Origin: Candidatus Dormibacteria bacterium
GTDB lineage: Bacteria > Chloroflexota > Dormibacteria > Aeolococcales > Aeolococcaceae
Length of the DNA: 64,000 nucleotides
Direction of reading: 5' to 3'
Assembly (NCBI GenBank): GCA_049964715.1
Contig: JBMFXB010000008.1
Span: 7,369 to 71,368 of the forward strand
Shown: positions 41,182-51,396 of the stretch, in pieces
Layout of the letters: each line of letters opens with the position of its first letter
Numbering within the stretch: position 1 is the first letter of the stretch
Made by a program: the position numbers and the translations under genes
Notes under the pieces: model-generated
What the model was told of the DNA's origin: nothing
Database searches by the model: none
What the model saw: only the letters and a program-made list of their open reading frames with translations

Positions 41182-41838
41182 ATGGAAGGGCGTTACCCGG
41201 ATACATCTCTGCAGTATGCCCCGGAGGATGAGGCTATCCTGCAACGGGAACATACTGACTCAACTCCACCAGTTGTGAGTGCTATCCGGTATGTTCTCCT
41301 CACTCAGCTCATTGTTGCAATATTCACCCTTGTACCCATCATTGCCAAGCCACTCACCATGAGCTATCCGAAAGTTCACTTGATCGTGTCGTACAATCCG
41401 ATCAATCTTGAGATCCCTGTCCTCACTGTGCTGTTTTTGTGGGCAATCATCACGGGGATCGGTATCCATTTCCTTGGGAACCTTGAAGAATGGGCAAGGC
41501 GCATGAGTCTCACAGTTGAAGCAGCTGTCCTTGCAGTAATGGCAATACTCGTCTATGGAGGGATTTCCCTCGCACTCCCCACCCTTGTCCTCTCAATCGT
41601 AGTAATCCCATTACTCATGTTCCACTCAACTCGTGATGCATGCATCCTCCATCGTGGAACACCACTACCAGACCCAACCCTTGCACAATATTCGATCTAC
41701 TCCGGATACACACCACCACCCATTTCAACACCGCATGTAGAGAAGATGCCCTTCATTTCCTTGGCTGGACATCGTAGTGAGAGTGATGCAAAGGATACCT
41801 CTCAGGACTCTTCCCGTCCATCCCCAGCATCGAGATAG
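41182..41838 (+). CDS. Hypothetical membrane protein (about 4 TM)
   Basis: AAGGAG RBS; hydrophobic core. Confidence 0.65.
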   Translation: MEGRYPDTSLQYAPEDEAILQREHTDSTPPVVSAIRYVLLTQLIVAIFTLVPIIAKPLTMSYPKVHLIVSYNPINLEIPVLTVLFLWAIITGIGIHFLGNLEEWARRMSLTVEAAVLAVMAILVYGGISLALPTLVLSIVVIPLLMFHSTRDACILHRGTPLPDPTLAQYSIYSGYTPPPISTPHVEKMPFISLAGHRSESDAKDTSQDSSRPSPASR

Positions 41839-42908
41839 TGTTTGTAACCCTGTTCGCAGGCCACATGGCGGGCAGTACTTCCCTTTGTCATCCACGATGA
41901 GGAAAGTTGCCAGAGAAGTGGTTGACCCTTACTCCTTGTAAGAAGTCCCAGATGCTCAAGAAACACAAGATGCGCACCTGCTTCACCGATAGCTGCCCGT
42001 CGCATGGGATCTCCACTGAGTAAATCCCAGCTTCTGGACCACGACAATCTTGAAGCTGTCTCCCAGACAGTCCGTGGGGATCCATCCTCCAATACTCCCA
42101 GAAGTTCCTGCAACCTGTGTCCGTGATGCGCAATGACTTGCATCACTCTTGCCTCTGCATCAACAATCTGCCCCTCGTGGGCAGGAAACATGAGTGGAGT
42201 ATCTTTCGCGATTCTCCTGATATGAAGCAGTGAGGCAACATATGAAGCAAGCGGATTGTCATCACCCCAAGAGTACACAGAGACATTTGGAGTAATGCGT
42301 GGCAAAAGATGGTCACCGAGAAGAAGGAGTCCATCCCGAGGAATGTGGACACTGCAGTGTCCAGGAGTATGGCCAGGCGTTGCCACCACGTGAAGTAAGG
42401 ATCCAATCGTCATAGTATCTTCAAGGTTGCGATATGAAGACAAAGCGGAAGTATCCCGAAGGCTGTGGAGTGAGAGGTGATCTTCCTCCTCCTGCGTGAG
42501 CTCGGGAGCTCCAGCATCCAGAGCATACGTTGCCATTCGTTCATACACAACGTCTGCACGGTTCACTTCTCCTGCAGCCAGAAGTTGTTGATCCTTCCAG
42601 TGGAGTCCAATCCATGCATCTGACACCTCAGGTATGCGGCGTGCAAGTCCTGAATGATCCGGATGGAAGTGTGTGAGTATCACTCCTGCAAGATCACCTG
42701 GTTGGACTCCAGCAGCATGCAAACCAGCAAGCAGCACTTGCCAGCTCTCCTCTGCATCCCATCCAGTATCAATAAGAATTGGACCCTCTGGATCATCAAT
42801 GAGGTACACGAATGTCCATTTGAGTGGACTGTCCGGTATGGGTACACGAATACATTTGACGTGGGGAGTAATGTTCTCGACTGCCCCACCTTCTACCACG
42901 TGTCCCAT
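41802..42908 (-). CDS. MBL-fold metallohydrolase with C-terminal wHTH
   Basis: LIDTG, THFHPDH, TPGHTPGH, GDHLLPRITP, PAHE. Confidence 0.88.
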   Translation of the reverse strand: MGHVVEGGAVENITPHVKCIRVPIPDSPLKWTFVYLIDDPEGPILIDTGWDAEESWQVLLAGLHAAGVQPGDLAGVILTHFHPDHSGLARRIPEVSDAWIGLHWKDQQLLAAGEVNRADVVYERMATYALDAGAPELTQEEEDHLSLHSLRDTSALSSYRNLEDTMTIGSLLHVVATPGHTPGHCSVHIPRDGLLLLGDHLLPRITPNVSVYSWGDDNPLASYVASLLHIRRIAKDTPLMFPAHEGQIVDAEARVMQVIAHHGHRLQELLGVLEDGSPRTVWETASRLSWSRSWDLLSGDPMRRAAIGEAGAHLVFLEHLGLLTRSKGQPLLWQLSSSWMTKGSTARHVACEQGYKHYLDAGDGREES

Positions 42909-42911
42909 CTC

Positions 42912-44984
42912 CTACTGACTGTCAGCTATACTGACTGTCCCGTGGGTGCCCTGTGCAGCAATTCGGTATCGAGCACCTCGAATACTAACTCCATCGAGCA
43001 CAACTTCACCGAACTCCTGTGGAAGATGCGGGTGTATCGTCACTACTTCTCCATCGATATGTACACCCAGGAGTGACCAGACAAGGAGGAATGGAGTACC
43101 TGTTGCCCATGCTTGTGGACTACATGCACTTGGATACCGTACTGGCACCTTGGTTGACTCCCGTGAATACCCTGCAAAGGTCTCCGGAAGCCGATTGTCA
43201 GTGTATGTTGCAGCTTCAAAGAGAGCTGCAGCTATCCTGCCAGCTTCGTGATAATAGCCATACCGAACAAGTCCATCACAAATGAGGGAATTGTCATGGG
43301 GCCACACAGTTCCATCGTGGTATTCGATGGGATTGTACCCCTTGTCATGACTCGACATCGTTCGAATGCCCCATCCAGAAAACATCTCGTCAGACATGAG
43401 CTGTTTGACGACAAACTTTGCCCTGTCCTCAGGAACAATGCCCGTCCAGAGCAGTTGACCCATATTTGATGTCATTGCATCAACCTGCCTCTTGTCATGA
43501 TCGAGCGCCATTGCATAGTACCCGCCTTTGCGATCGATCCAGAATCGCTCATTGAAGGCATCGTACAGTGCCTTCACCTCATCCCGGAGTTTCGCTGCGA
43601 GCCGAGTATCCTTCCATACTTCAGAAGCAATGTCTATAAGTGCCCGCTTTGCTGCATACACGTACCCCTGCACCTCACACAGGGCAATGGGTCGTTCTGC
43701 CAATCGGCCGTCATGGTACAGCACACTGTTCCATGAGTCCTTCCACCCCTGGTTTCCAAGTCCCTCTTTCGACTTCGTTCCGTACTCCACAAACCCATCA
43801 TGATCTGCATCACCATACTCATCGATCCAGGAAAGCGCACGAAGTGCTGTGTCCTTGAGAGACATACAAGTTTCCACATCGTTTGTCACGCGCCAATACT
43901 CGCCAAGGAGCATGAGGTACAACATGGTGGAATCGACAGAACCATAATACGGACGCTGAGGCTTCTTTCCAATGACACTGAGTTCACCGAATCGAAGTTC
44001 ATGGAGAATCTTTCCTGGCTCTTCATCCTTGAAGTCGTCCACTGCTGTTCCCTGCAGTGTCGCGAGGGAATGGAGTGCACCCTTGGCAAGGTCAGCCCCT
44101 ACGCACAGTGACTGGTACGAGGTAATGAGGGTGTCCCGACCAAAAATGGCCATGAACCATGGCAGTCCTGCAGCAGGAAGAAAGAAACGGTGTCCATCGA
44201 TTTCTGCCTCAAGACGAAGTGCTGCAAGATCAATGACGGACTGCTGCAGAACATCGTGCACGGTCTCTGAGCTACTCGTGATAGTGGGTACATCTGCCTG
44301 CCAACGTGACTTAACGAGTTCAGCCATATGCTCGTCTGTTGCAAATGATTCGCACTGCCGGACAGGAGAATAGTGACGTTCCTGTGCGTGCAGATGGAAC
44401 TTCACACACGTTTTCCACGTTCCACCTCCTTCAAGATGTACGGAAAACACCATCGCATTTCCCTCGATCCTGCCTTTTGCAGTGAAGGTGATACGGGTTG
44501 CAGCACTGAAAGGAGGATTCGTGTACGCAAAGTGAAGTTCACAAGCATCAGGATCGTGGCGCTCCTCGTACGTTCCTGCCTTGTCAAGATTGTTGTCCTT
44601 CACCTCGAAGAGGTCAGCAAAATCACAGGCAATCGCAATGCGAATTGTGAGGTCCACTGGATGGTTGTTGTGGTTCTGGATAACGATATCGTCATGAACA
44701 CCTCCACCAACAAACCGATGACGTTGGAGCGACAGTGTATGAGGCTTCACCTCGCCCAACGCAGGATTCGTGAGGAACATTGCAGCGGAGAAGTAATCCA
44801 CCTCAGATGAAGTGAGCACTTCCCACGGGACATCATTGATGGTCACTTCATATGAGGAAACAAATCGGGTGTCATTGAAAAACAGTCCAGAATCTGAGGG
44901 TGCCTTGACATCACCAGTGAGGTCACTCACCATGAATGTCGATCCCTCAAGAACCTTCAGTCGTTGCACATCTGTATCAGCCAT
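42912..44984 (-). CDS. Amylo-alpha-1,6-glucosidase (glycogen debranching enzyme family)
   Basis: DTRFVS, AAGLPWF, FGRD, EPGKILHE, NQGWKDS, YHDGTVWPHDN, LPETF, QAWA. Confidence 0.9.
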   Translation of the reverse strand: MADTDVQRLKVLEGSTFMVSDLTGDVKAPSDSGLFFNDTRFVSSYEVTINDVPWEVLTSSEVDYFSAAMFLTNPALGEVKPHTLSLQRHRFVGGGVHDDIVIQNHNNHPVDLTIRIAIACDFADLFEVKDNNLDKAGTYEERHDPDACELHFAYTNPPFSAATRITFTAKGRIEGNAMVFSVHLEGGGTWKTCVKFHLHAQERHYSPVRQCESFATDEHMAELVKSRWQADVPTITSSSETVHDVLQQSVIDLAALRLEAEIDGHRFFLPAAGLPWFMAIFGRDTLITSYQSLCVGADLAKGALHSLATLQGTAVDDFKDEEPGKILHELRFGELSVIGKKPQRPYYGSVDSTMLYLMLLGEYWRVTNDVETCMSLKDTALRALSWIDEYGDADHDGFVEYGTKSKEGLGNQGWKDSWNSVLYHDGRLAERPIALCEVQGYVYAAKRALIDIASEVWKDTRLAAKLRDEVKALYDAFNERFWIDRKGGYYAMALDHDKRQVDAMTSNMGQLLWTGIVPEDRAKFVVKQLMSDEMFSGWGIRTMSSHDKGYNPIEYHDGTVWPHDNSLICDGLVRYGYYHEAGRIAAALFEAATYTDNRLPETFAGYSRESTKVPVRYPSACSPQAWATGTPFLLVWSLLGVHIDGEVVTIHPHLPQEFGEVVLDGVSIRGARYRIAAQGTHGTVSIADSQ

Positions 44985-45115
44985 GAGCGCCTCCTTGATG
45001 CTGAACTGCATAAGCACGATGATACCCCGATCACCCATTCCCAATCCCGATTGTCATGTGTCTTCCCAATCAAGTACGTACCTGATACCGTGTGAGTACA
45101 CTGAGATCCAACAAA

Positions 45116-45976
45116 ATGATGAATACACCATCGCCGTCATCACCTCCTGCCCTTTCGCTACCCCAACAAGCCGGGAATGCCGCTCCGCCACCGTCATATT
45201 CGTTCATCAACCGTGCGCAGCATGTAACGAGCGTGCATCGCGATCCTTCCCATCCGGGTCGTCCACTGCAGTTCCTCATTCCAGGTGCAGTCCTTGCCAT
45301 CATTGCCCTCGTGGTGGGTGGACTGACAGCATACGCAACGTTCTCTCAGCAGGCTCTGCCCCAGGGTGAAGGCATCGCTATCATCATTCCTCTCGCCATT
45401 GTCTACATCGCTGGCGTATATCTCTTCTCCTATGGATATGAAATGGAGAACACGGCGAAGGCAATTCGTCTTACTGCAATTGTCGTCGTCATCTCAGTCC
45501 TTGCTGTATTCCTCATAGCAGTTCTCGTCATTGTGCTGGGTGCATTGGGAAAGGGTGAAAACAAAGTTGGACATGGAAACTTCACTCGGAGAGTATCCAG
45601 AAAAATTGCCGGAAGTGCAGTTCCCCTGGCAGCAGCTGGAAGTACTGGATCGTATGCAGGTGGAGTCCCAAATCTTGCCTTTCTCCCCTTCTTCATTTCC
45701 ACTGGCAGTGGCAGAACGCGAACTATTGTCAACAACATTACGACTCCCATTACCTGCCCGAACTGCCATCAGGACTTCGTCCCCGTAAAGGGAGAGGAAC
45801 TCCAATGCCCCCATTGCCATGCCGTTCTTGAGGCACACCAACGTCCCATTGTCTGTCCATTCTGCTCCCAGGCATACGTTCCGCAGGACACCCAGTACAA
45901 GTGCCCAAACTGTGGAGCAGGAACTCCACCAAGTCTGCTTGTTGATGTTGCCCCACCTACACCACCAGCTCAGTAG
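45116..45976 (+). CDS. Membrane protein (3 TM) with C-terminal double zinc ribbon
   Basis: Four CxxC motifs (CPNC, CPHC, CPFC, CPNC) after the TM helices. Confidence 0.7.
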   Translation: MMNTPSPSSPPALSLPQQAGNAAPPPSYSFINRAQHVTSVHRDPSHPGRPLQFLIPGAVLAIIALVVGGLTAYATFSQQALPQGEGIAIIIPLAIVYIAGVYLFSYGYEMENTAKAIRLTAIVVVISVLAVFLIAVLVIVLGALGKGENKVGHGNFTRRVSRKIAGSAVPLAAAGSTGSYAGGVPNLAFLPFFISTGSGRTRTIVNNITTPITCPNCHQDFVPVKGEELQCPHCHAVLEAHQRPIVCPFCSQAYVPQDTQYKCPNCGAGTPPSLLVDVAPPTPPAQ

Positions 45977-46019
45977 TCTTTTGCACTTCTGGCCCCACCC
46001 ACTGGCAGGCCTCGACCCA

Positions 46020-46056
46020 TCTCCCATATGATGAAGGAAGTTCATCATATGGGAGA
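46020..46056. other. Perfect 16-bp stem hairpin overlapping the RBS of the downstream gene
   Basis: TCTCCCATATGATGAA-GGAAG-TTCATCATATGGGAGA. Confidence 0.85.
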
Positions 46057-46062
46057 AGTGGC

Positions 46063-46962
46063 ATGATTGCTCACGATCCAGACGACGCCCAACTCACTGC
46101 AAGCCCGTCTCACAGCACATGCTGTGTCGAAACACATGCATCTCAGCTGCCAACAGTTCTTGAAGAAGCCCCAACTGTCTTCGAACGACTCATCCGTCCA
46201 CGATGCACCATTCCTGCTCTTACCTTGGTAAGTGAGGAACATCAGCACGCCGATGCAGGCAGCACCTGTCCTTCAGTTCCCGTAGCATTTGTCAATGCAC
46301 TAGAGGAGTACACGCACGAAACGCTCCTCCAGTCAATGGGCATTGCACCTGGTATGCGCTGGCAACATCTCATTGCAGAAGTGCGTAATGGACTCACCAA
46401 TCTGCTTCATGAACTTCTCCACGCAGTGCACTCAATGCAAGAGCACGCAGTACTGCCCCAAGGTACTCCTCACCCGAAGTCATCGGATTACCTTGCCGAA
46501 GGCATTGTGGAATATGGAACACAGTTGTTCTTTGAGGACTTCGTGACTGCACTTGGAATACCAAATCCAGAGCAGATCCTCGGCTCACCAAACCATGTTT
46601 CCCGAATGTATTCCGAGCAGGCAGCTGCAGTGCGCACACTTATCGAGACATTTTGCCCTGAATTTGACGTAGCACCACGTTCCCTGCTTCGGCAGATGCT
46701 CCAGTATGGCGGATACCCTGAAGGTTTCCTTCGATTTCTTGAAAGGATTGGCACGAAGTCAGGTCTCACTCCTGAATGTACACATGCCGTGCTTGTCCCA
46801 GACATGCATGCGCAACTCGATCAGCTCATCGACAGCACACGACCCCTACGGCACGATGCTGAAGAATCGGGAAGGTTCATTGGATACCTTCTTGCTGCCC
46901 GTATACAACAAACGATTGCAACCCAACGAAAAGTGCTTCCTGCTCCCTTCAGCATGAACTAA
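46063..46962 (+). CDS. Hypothetical gluzincin-like metalloprotease
   Basis: LLHELLHAV (HExxH) followed by LAEGIVE (third ligand Glu). Confidence 0.6.
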   Translation: MIAHDPDDAQLTASPSHSTCCVETHASQLPTVLEEAPTVFERLIRPRCTIPALTLVSEEHQHADAGSTCPSVPVAFVNALEEYTHETLLQSMGIAPGMRWQHLIAEVRNGLTNLLHELLHAVHSMQEHAVLPQGTPHPKSSDYLAEGIVEYGTQLFFEDFVTALGIPNPEQILGSPNHVSRMYSEQAAAVRTLIETFCPEFDVAPRSLLRQMLQYGGYPEGFLRFLERIGTKSGLTPECTHAVLVPDMHAQLDQLIDSTRPLRHDAEESGRFIGYLLAARIQQTIATQRKVLPAPFSMN

Positions 46963-47049
46963 TTGGACACACCTCCCCACATTCCTTAGTCGGGTGAGAT
47001 AGTATCAGTTCATCAACTTACTGCACATGTCGGAGGCAGCCCGTTTACG

Positions 47050-47763
47050 ATGTTTTCACGCTGGAAGAAGCCCCAAGACGCTGAAACCACTGAAGCGATC
47101 ACGCAAGAATCTCCGCATTCCATTGAGGGGACACGACCCTGCAATGAGGAAGGATGCACTTCCATGCTTGCTGCACCTTGTGAATATGTGGACCGGCGTC
47201 ATGATCGATGTACAACTGCATGGTGCCCTGAGCACCAGATAGTGCTCGACGGCCACTGCTACTGCAGGCGACATGCCAACACTATTGAAGCGATCGGTGG
47301 AATTCAGATCACTACATATGGTGCAGCTCTCCCTGACATTGGAAATCGCATGCCGAACCTTGTTCGATGGATAAGTAATGACCTTGATGGCTCAATCCGC
47401 ACACTACTTGACGGGGTACACAGGCCGGATGAACTCTTCAAGCGTGAACCTGTTCATGCTGTACGAGGTATCGATGGTTTTATCAGGTGGGAAATGACAT
47501 GGCAGCTCTTCAACCAGACCGGTTCAACACTGCGAGTCACAATCGAGGTGGATGAACGAGAGCCAGTTGTGGTCATAGCTCGTGTCTCAAACGCACGGGT
47601 CTATTCTGCCACACCACCCTGGATCGCCACGAATGATGCACATCCAAAGGGTGTTCATGCGCATGCAGATGAATCCCAGCGCCAGGCTTTCTATTCAGAC
47701 ATGGTTACTCACATCCGGGATGGAATTGCCAAGGATCGTGAAGAGAGTGCCACAGTAAAGTGA
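47050..47763 (+). CDS. Cys/His-rich zinc-finger protein, paralog A
   Basis: C-x4-C-x7-C-x9-C-x4-C-x2-H-x9-C-x2-H; full-length similarity to the next ORF. Confidence 0.8.
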   Translation: MFSRWKKPQDAETTEAITQESPHSIEGTRPCNEEGCTSMLAAPCEYVDRRHDRCTTAWCPEHQIVLDGHCYCRRHANTIEAIGGIQITTYGAALPDIGNRMPNLVRWISNDLDGSIRTLLDGVHRPDELFKREPVHAVRGIDGFIRWEMTWQLFNQTGSTLRVTIEVDEREPVVVIARVSNARVYSATPPWIATNDAHPKGVHAHADESQRQAFYSDMVTHIRDGIAKDREESATVK

Positions 47764-47796
47764 TTCGCATCATCCCTGAGAGGGTAAGGAGAAACC

Positions 47797-48507
47797 ATGG
47801 GCCTCTTTTCGCGTAAGTCAACTTCCACTCAGGGAGATCCCTCGCCTGCATTTCCACAAGGGAGTTCACCATCAAGTCCACTCGTTGGTGAACTCCCCTG
47901 CAGTGCACCAGGATGTTCGAACACAACAGGTGTTGCCTGCGCATACATTGATCGACGAAACCGCAAATGCAAGACTTCGTGGTGTCCGGAACATCAGTTT
48001 ATTGTCAATGGAAAGTGCTACTGCAGACGTCATGCCAATACTGTCGATGCAGTTGGAGATCAGGAACATACAACGTATGGTTTTGCAATGCCAGATCTTT
48101 CGAATCGAGCCCCGTCTCTGGTCCGCTGGATTGCAAACGACATCTCGGATCGCGTTGAGGAGCTCCTTTCTCGATATCGCATTTCTGGTGAACAGTACCG
48201 CCGTGAGCGGGTGCATGCAGTTCGCAGCGTCGACGGTAGTATTCGATGGGAAGTCACGTGGCAACTCTTTGACCACACAGGTTCCCGCGTACGAGTCTCT
48301 ATTGAAGTAAAAGAAGCCGTACCAACAACCCTGAATGCACGTGTTGGACAGCTCATCGTGTACTCAGAAGTCCCACCCTGGATTCTCCACCGGGAACGGA
48401 ATGAGGAAGTGAGCCCAGAAACTGATACCAGGGAAAGGGACATGTTCTACGAGATGATGCTCAAGGCTATCGATGAGCACTTGACGGACAACAACGAGGA
48501 GTACTGA
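47797..48507 (+). CDS. Cys/His-rich zinc-finger protein, paralog B
   Basis: Identical Cys/His spacing; shares WCPEHQ, YCRRHANT, LVRWI, VHAVR, RWE, TWQLF and PPWI with paralog A. Confidence 0.8.
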   Translation: MGLFSRKSTSTQGDPSPAFPQGSSPSSPLVGELPCSAPGCSNTTGVACAYIDRRNRKCKTSWCPEHQFIVNGKCYCRRHANTVDAVGDQEHTTYGFAMPDLSNRAPSLVRWIANDISDRVEELLSRYRISGEQYRRERVHAVRSVDGSIRWEVTWQLFDHTGSRVRVSIEVKEAVPTTLNARVGQLIVYSEVPPWILHRERNEEVSPETDTRERDMFYEMMLKAIDEHLTDNNEEY

Positions 48508-48514
48508 CCTTCCT

Positions 48515-50038
48515 CTACTCGAGCCCAACTCCCAGTGCTGGACGCTTCGAAGGAGTGGGGGATGAAGGTGTTTCCACTTCACCACGATTGAGTCCTGGTG
48601 CCTTCCTCTCAAGCCCGACAACATATCCAACCGGATTGAAGCCCACTGTACTCCAGAAATCATGGAGTGCCTCTTCATTGCCCAAAATCGCATTCGGAAA
48701 TTCTCTGGCATAAGCATCGGGAAGAGCTCTCCGTACTTTGAGTTTGTCCCACAATGCACGGGGGGACTCAGAGCTCAGCCACACAGGAATTTCATCGTAG
48801 TATTTGCCCCGTCTCATGATGATCCGACCCATTGGTGTGGACTTCCCATGCGGAGAGCGTGCTTCGGGAACGAAGACATAGTACCAGCCATCAGCTCCAA
48901 GGAACCGGTCTCCGATAGTGAGTTTCCCTGCCATTGCTGGTTTGTAGCAAGCAGATCGAATCTCTGGAGCGTAATTTGAATCTGCTGCTGTGGGATCAAA
49001 GGGACTCCTTTCATTTGGCCAAGGTGTCACTGCTTCCATGTATCGAAATGGTGGAGTTCCCCAGGCAACAGTCTTCGGCAGACGCCAGAAGTGTGGCTTT
49101 ACATTTGGAGGTGGAAGGGGAGATGCATCACGTTTTGGCAGTTGAACGATGTCACAAACTCGCTCAAGTGCATCGGCAATGTTGACTGGCGTCCTCCTGT
49201 GTCGTTCGAGCCGTTTCACAGTACGAACAACCTTCCACCTGTTCCAATCGCGAGGTGGGACTGTTCCTGTAAGCGACCAGTACGCAGCCACATGACCTTG
49301 GAGTGGTTGTCCGAAGCGGTTGCGGTATGGTGCGAGAAAGTGGGCAAGTCCACGCTGTACGTGCGGGAGTTCATGAGCAAGCCGTTCCATCTCAAGACGT
49401 TCAGCTGCCCGTGCCTGCTGTACTGCACATCGTAGTGCTTCATACCCGTAGTAGAGTGAACGGGCACGCTCCTCGTCCCATCCCGACAGGATATATTCCA
49501 GACCAAGAAGCTTTGCCTCTTTAGGAGTTGGATGAATAGCGAAGATGAGATTCCATCTGGCTCCCTGCACGTCAAGGGGAATCTTTTCACCTCGCTTTGA
49601 GGCAAGCCTACGAATTTCAATGTCGAGATTGACTGCTGTTGCCTCAACCCAGTGACGGTCAATCCGGATTCGTTCTGGCGGAGCAGCTCCAGTAAGTACC
49701 CAGTACAGTGCAATTTGTTCCTGCGTTGGCACACGGGATCTTTGTCGAAGGACATCAGCATACTCAGCATCCGGAATAGCACCCACATCGATACGCTCCA
49801 TGTGCGCAGCCTTGATGAGTGCTGCACAAATGGCCCCGCGTTTCTGCTCAAACATCTCCGATGCACGGATCTCGAGCCGTTGTTCCTCATGCTCCCTTCG
49901 ACGCTTGTTGAGCCAATCGAGTGCCTGAATAGCAATCTCGACTTCACCTGGTCCAACAGGAATAAGTGCACCAGTATCTTCCATGAGCTTGTCCCATGTC
50001 TCAAATGCCTTGGAGGTGTACACCTGCTCTTCAGCCAT
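48515..50038 (-). CDS. Hypothetical protein (about 507 aa) with Pro/Ser-rich tail ending GVGLE
   Basis: Long ORF; ATG at 50038 after GAGGT, overlapping the upstream stop; internal repeat-like ALYWVLTG/AAYWSLTG. Confidence 0.7.
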   Translation of the reverse strand: MAEEQVYTSKAFETWDKLMEDTGALIPVGPGEVEIAIQALDWLNKRRREHEEQRLEIRASEMFEQKRGAICAALIKAAHMERIDVGAIPDAEYADVLRQRSRVPTQEQIALYWVLTGAAPPERIRIDRHWVEATAVNLDIEIRRLASKRGEKIPLDVQGARWNLIFAIHPTPKEAKLLGLEYILSGWDEERARSLYYGYEALRCAVQQARAAERLEMERLAHELPHVQRGLAHFLAPYRNRFGQPLQGHVAAYWSLTGTVPPRDWNRWKVVRTVKRLERHRRTPVNIADALERVCDIVQLPKRDASPLPPPNVKPHFWRLPKTVAWGTPPFRYMEAVTPWPNERSPFDPTAADSNYAPEIRSACYKPAMAGKLTIGDRFLGADGWYYVFVPEARSPHGKSTPMGRIIMRRGKYYDEIPVWLSSESPRALWDKLKVRRALPDAYAREFPNAILGNEEALHDFWSTVGFNPVGYVVGLERKAPGLNRGEVETPSSPTPSKRPALGVGLE

Positions 50039-50696
50039 TGGGACGTACCTCGAGATAACATGCACGGATTTCGAGTATTCCAGGAATATCGTTCCCGATG
50101 TTCTGCCAAACGTCATCCTCATTGATTCCAAGGGATACGACCACTGCGTTCACAGCCTCATCCAGATAGCACGCACCATCACTTGCAGCCCAAACGCTGT
50201 ACATGATCCCTCCGACAAACGCAATTCCTCCTCCATTGTCGAGTTCAAGGTCACGAGCTATGCGGAACTGTTCAGGGTCATGGGGTACTGATCCAAGTCC
50301 AACACCAGTGGGTATGATTCGAAGTGAGCGAAGCAATTCTCGATTCCCAGAAGAAGTCGAACTCCAGCTGCGAAGCAGCCCCGCCTGTATCAATTCATCT
50401 AATGCCGTATCCACTTCTGAGCATGGGGCTCCAGTGTGTTTGATTCCCTCTGCACGGACTGTCTCAACCGGCATAGGGGACCTTCCTGCGCACCAGAGTG
50501 CAAACGATGTTCGTGTTACCGGGTGGAAGTTTCCACCACATCGGATTGACATGGTCGGTGAAGGAAGAAGTGGATCTCGTACCGTACCAACGGGCATGCC
50601 AACTGCAACAACATTTTGGGTGGGCAGGACACTCTGATGTGGTTCACCCAAGAGTTCATGCTGAACATGTGAGTGATGTTCCACCACTGGAATCAT
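50031..50696 (-). CDS. Hypothetical protein with two PqqD/RRE-like winged-helix repeats
   Basis: SFALW...EVDTALDELIQAGLL and MYSVWAASDG..LDEAV...GILEIRACYL. Confidence 0.55.
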   Translation of the reverse strand: MIPVVEHHSHVQHELLGEPHQSVLPTQNVVAVGMPVGTVRDPLLPSPTMSIRCGGNFHPVTRTSFALWCAGRSPMPVETVRAEGIKHTGAPCSEVDTALDELIQAGLLRSWSSTSSGNRELLRSLRIIPTGVGLGSVPHDPEQFRIARDLELDNGGGIAFVGGIMYSVWAASDGACYLDEAVNAVVVSLGINEDDVWQNIGNDIPGILEIRACYLEVRPNG

Positions 50697-50739
50697 TGAA
50701 TCTCCCCAAAATTGCCTGTGTATCGTACTCTAGAACATC

Positions 50740-51114
50740 ATGGGTGTTTATTTCCAGATACTTGCATCTACCGGTTCATCCAACTCTTTTGTGGTCTATG
50801 GGGTTGGTGCACTTGCACTTGTGATGTTCATCATGTACATCATCTTCGCCAAGGAAAGTTCGCTTGGAACTGCGCTTGGTGACACAGTATTTCGATCGAC
50901 AGGATTTGCATTTGTCGTCTCCACTGTTCTTGCATTCCTCTTCTGGTATGAAATGTCCCCAAAAATGGCTGGCTTTCATGTACTTTCCCTCACACACAAT
51001 GAGTCGATGATTGGACTGAGTGTGGTTCTTTGGCTTGTCGTATTCGGTCTGTGGAGAACGCGCATCCGGCGGGGACGACGAAAGCGGAAAAACAAGGTCA
51101 AGGCTGGGATATAG
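50740..51114 (+). CDS. Small membrane protein (3 TM, basic tail)
   Basis: Hydrophobic helices followed by RRGRRKRK. Confidence 0.6.
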   Translation: MGVYFQILASTGSSNSFVVYGVGALALVMFIMYIIFAKESSLGTALGDTVFRSTGFAFVVSTVLAFLFWYEMSPKMAGFHVLSLTHNESMIGLSVVLWLVVFGLWRTRIRRGRRKRKNKVKAGI

Positions 51115-51140
51115 CTCACGGCTGCGAACGTCCTCCCTCG

Positions 51141-51232
51141 TGGCGGGAAGGGAGGGATTCGAACCCTCGGAGGAGTGTAAACCCCTCACCCACTTAGCAG
51201 GCGGGCGCTTTCAGCCTCTCAGCCACCTCCCC
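51141..51232 (-). tRNA. tRNA-Ser(GCT)
   Basis: GGGGAGG/CCTTCCC acceptor stem, CTGCTAA anticodon loop, long variable arm, GGTTCGAATCC, encoded GCCA end. Confidence 0.95.
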
Positions 51233-51396
51233 GGGAAGAACGTGCCACTCATGGTGACGTGTATCCATCATACAGACTGCATGAAGCGATAGAGAGGCGT
51301 TCATATACTGTATCGTGAGCATCTCGTACAATACAAATGGAACAACATCGTGCAGCGACTACATAGCCTGCTGTGGAGCAAGGGAAGGAGCACCAC

